Source: a bacterium (GTDB taxonomy: Bacteria; UBA8248). Taken from it: DNA of 64,000 nt. Both the position numbers and the translations under genes were made by a program. This document shows positions 61,762 through 64,000 of this stretch, in pieces; the stretch's first letter is position 1; each line of letters begins with the position of its first letter. Location: contig CBDBZU010000004.1 of NCBI GenBank assembly GCA_965213625.1, forward strand, positions 1,312,001-1,376,000. The letters run 5' to 3'. The notes below the pieces were generated by a model, which saw nothing but the letters and a program-made list of their open reading frames with translations, did no database searches and was not told the origin of the DNA.

Positions 61762-62787
61762 TCAACCCTCCGGGGTTTCCGACGGGGCGGCGGGTTTGCG
61801 GAACTTGCTGAACAATCCGAGTATTCCCTCGACGCCGTAGAGGCGCCCCAACATGATGGTGATAATGTAGATGGCGCCCAGAATCAGCGGCCAGCGCTCC
61901 ACGTAGATGCTGATGAACTGCTGCAGAGAGCGGATGATGGCCGAGCCGATTACCGGGCCGATCAGCGTGGCGGGTCCGCCCAGCGCCACCATGAAGAGCG
62001 CCTCGGCCGAGGTGATGAGTTCGATGTCCGGCGGACTCACGAAGAGGTTGAACAGCGTCCACATCACGCCCGCCACGCCGCTGAATACGCCCGCGATGAT
62101 GAACGCGAGATATTTGTGGAGCCAGATGTTGTAGCCGAGCATTTGCATGCGCTCCTCGCGCTCCCTGATGCCGACCAGCGTTTTTCCAAAAGGGCTTCTC
62201 ACGAACAGGTACATCAGACCCAGGCAGATGAGGAACACGGTGAGCGTGAAGTAGAAGAACGGCATTTCCGATTCCAACGATATGCCGAACAAAGAAGGTC
62301 TTCCCAGCACGTTGATGCCGTTGTCTCCCTCCGTCACGGCGCTCCAGCGGTACGCTAGGCCCCAAACGACCATGGCGAGGGAGAGGGTGATCATCAAAAA
62401 ATACACGCCCACCGCGCGTATTGCCAGAAAACCGAAGAACGCGGCGAAGGCCAGGGCCACGATCAGTGCGAAGATGAAGATATAGAAAAGGCCCAGTCCC
62501 AGCGAGTCCGCCCACTGGAAGGCGGCGAAGGTCCACGTCCAGTCTTCTTTCGTCATGATGATGGCCGTGGTGTAGGAGGCGACGCCGAAATAGGCGGCGT
62601 GTCCCAGAGAGGCCAGTCCGGTGAATCCCAGCAGGAGGTCCAGGCTCATGGCCAAGATGCCGAACACGAGGATCTCCGTCACCAGACTCTGCATGAAGAG
62701 ATCGAGAAACGGCGTTATGACTCCGAGAGCGACGAAGACGCCCAGCACGATGAGCACTCTTCTTTTTTCCGCCAGGTTCTCCAGCAA
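61762..62787 (-). CDS. livM: Branched-chain amino acid ABC permease (LivM-like)
   Basis: LGFTGLASLGHAAYFG, GVYFLMITL, SPFGKTLVGIRERE. Confidence 0.88.
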   Translation of the reverse strand: MLENLAEKRRVLIVLGVFVALGVITPFLDLFMQSLVTEILVFGILAMSLDLLLGFTGLASLGHAAYFGVASYTTAIIMTKEDWTWTFAAFQWADSLGLGLFYIFIFALIVALAFAAFFGFLAIRAVGVYFLMITLSLAMVVWGLAYRWSAVTEGDNGINVLGRPSLFGISLESEMPFFYFTLTVFLICLGLMYLFVRSPFGKTLVGIREREERMQMLGYNIWLHKYLAFIIAGVFSGVAGVMWTLFNLFVSPPDIELITSAEALFMVALGGPATLIGPVIGSAIIRSLQQFISIYVERWPLILGAIYIITIMLGRLYGVEGILGLFSKFRKPAAPSETPEG

Positions 62788-62790
62788 GTC

Positions 62791-63888
62791 TTAACCCTTT
62801 CCGAACAGGCCGGTCGGCTTGATCGCCAGAATGATGGCCATGGGCGCGAAGAGCGCGAAATAGGAGAGTTCGGGAAACAGAGCGGTCCCGAAGTTCTCGA
62901 TGAAACCGACTACGATGCTGCCGAGGACGGCGCCGCCCAGGCTGCCGAGTCCCCCGATGATCACCACGGCGAACGCGTAGGGGAGTATCTCGAAGTCGAG
63001 CCCCGGGTAGACGCCGAAGAACGCGCCGCCCACCACGCCACCCGTGGCGGCGAGCAGCGCCCCGATGGCGAATATTGACATTTGCACGACGTTTGTGTTG
63101 ATGCCGATGCCGCGCGCCATCTCGGGGTCGTCCACCGCCGCGCGCATGATGGCGCCGAGACGGGTGCGTTCTATCCCGAGGAACAGGGCCGCGGCCACCA
63201 CGACGGCGATGACGATCATGAAGCCGCGGTACTGGGGCAGCGAGAGGCCCCCGACAACGGCGCTGAAGTTGAGCGGCCAGGGTTGTTTGAGCATGAAGTT
63301 GTCACCGCCCCAGGTGTAGAGCGAGCCGTCTTGCAAGATGAATGCGAAGCCGATGGTCACCAGCACTTGCGCGAGCGTGTCCTGTCCGAGAAGGCGCAGG
63401 AAGAATCGCTCGATGAACATTCCGCACAGCGCCGCAATGGCGATGGCGACGACGATGGCGGCCATCATGCCCGGGAAATTTATCCTGTCGACCGGTTTGA
63501 CGGGCACGTGCGGGAAGAAGAGCTCAAAGAATCTGAAGCCCCATATCAGGCTGCACAAGGCTTCCATTACGATGTATGCGAGGAGTAGCGCAAGTGCTGC
63601 GTGTTTGGGAGCGATGTATAGCGTGAGTCCCCGCCATGCGAAATAGAGTAGAGCCCACGAAGCGAGTTGGATGATACGAGGCATCAGGCTCAGAGAGCCG
63701 AAAATGATATTGTAGAATTCCAGAGCGAGGTAACCGGCGAAGAGGAAAAAAGCGGCGTGCGCAAGATTCACGATGCGCATCACGCCGAATATGAGCGAGA
63801 GTCCGCTCGCCAGTAGGAACAAAATTGCGGCGTATGAGAGCGAATTATAGCTTAGAACGAGAATGTTCGCGAAGCTGAGGGTGGTCAT
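62791..63888 (-). CDS. livH: Branched-chain amino acid ABC permease (LivH-like)
   Basis: ASGLSLIFGVMRIVNLAH, TRLGAIMRA, VVIIGGLGS, KPTGLFG. Confidence 0.88.
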   Translation of the reverse strand: MTTLSFANILVLSYNSLSYAAILFLLASGLSLIFGVMRIVNLAHAAFFLFAGYLALEFYNIIFGSLSLMPRIIQLASWALLYFAWRGLTLYIAPKHAALALLLAYIVMEALCSLIWGFRFFELFFPHVPVKPVDRINFPGMMAAIVVAIAIAALCGMFIERFFLRLLGQDTLAQVLVTIGFAFILQDGSLYTWGGDNFMLKQPWPLNFSAVVGGLSLPQYRGFMIVIAVVVAAALFLGIERTRLGAIMRAAVDDPEMARGIGINTNVVQMSIFAIGALLAATGGVVGGAFFGVYPGLDFEILPYAFAVVIIGGLGSLGGAVLGSIVVGFIENFGTALFPELSYFALFAPMAIILAIKPTGLFGKG

Positions 63889-64000
63889 TCAGGTCTCGCT
63901 TTTATCCGCTGACGGCGCACCTTAAAAGCAAATCTCCCACTGCGCGTTACCGGGTCTTCAAGCCGCACAGAAACCCGGATGATATATGATCCTGAGGCTT

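Noticed and set aside
60455-62536. 693-aa fusion of the substrate-binding protein with an upstream domain
   Set aside because: The upstream part overlaps livM out of frame; the true start is at 61708 with RBS and signal peptide.

Overview
GC-rich bacterial window in five blocks. (1) 1-20973 (+): two back-to-back complex I clusters, nuo(F)GHIJKLMN followed by nuoABCD-H-JKLMN; the second lacks nuoE/F/G and nuoI. (2) 21.6-25.5 kb (-): a hydantoinase/oxoprolinase B+A pair. (3) 25.7-29.8 kb: HAD hydrolase, AIR-synthase-like protein, tRNA-Phe(GAA), an OsmC-like gene with an in-frame TGA and a SECIS-like hairpin (probable selenoprotein), a DinB-like gene and a possible sigma54-driven sRNA. (4) About 32.3-58.7 kb, the main find: a putative sterol uptake/remodelling island. 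It holds three ERG6/SMT-type sterol C24-methyltransferase homologs with different active-site motifs, a GPP34/GOLPH3-P450 fusion, a KshA/Neverland-type Rieske oxygenase, an MpaB/Lcp-like heme oxygenase (frameshifted), a COG2907-type flavoprotein, three MMPL/RND transporters (one frameshifted), a LolA-like protein, beta-barrels and a secreted TPR protein. An intact IS1182-family element and an orphan xanthine-dehydrogenase-family Mo subunit interrupt the island. No squalene epoxidase or oxidosqualene cyclase is in the window, so modification of externally supplied (e.g. host) sterols is the working hypothesis. (5) 58.9-63.9 kb (-): a branched-chain amino acid ABC transporter. Intergenic regions are mosaics of REP-like palindromes and nested MITE-like elements. 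All assignments come from motif recognition by eye; no database searches were run.
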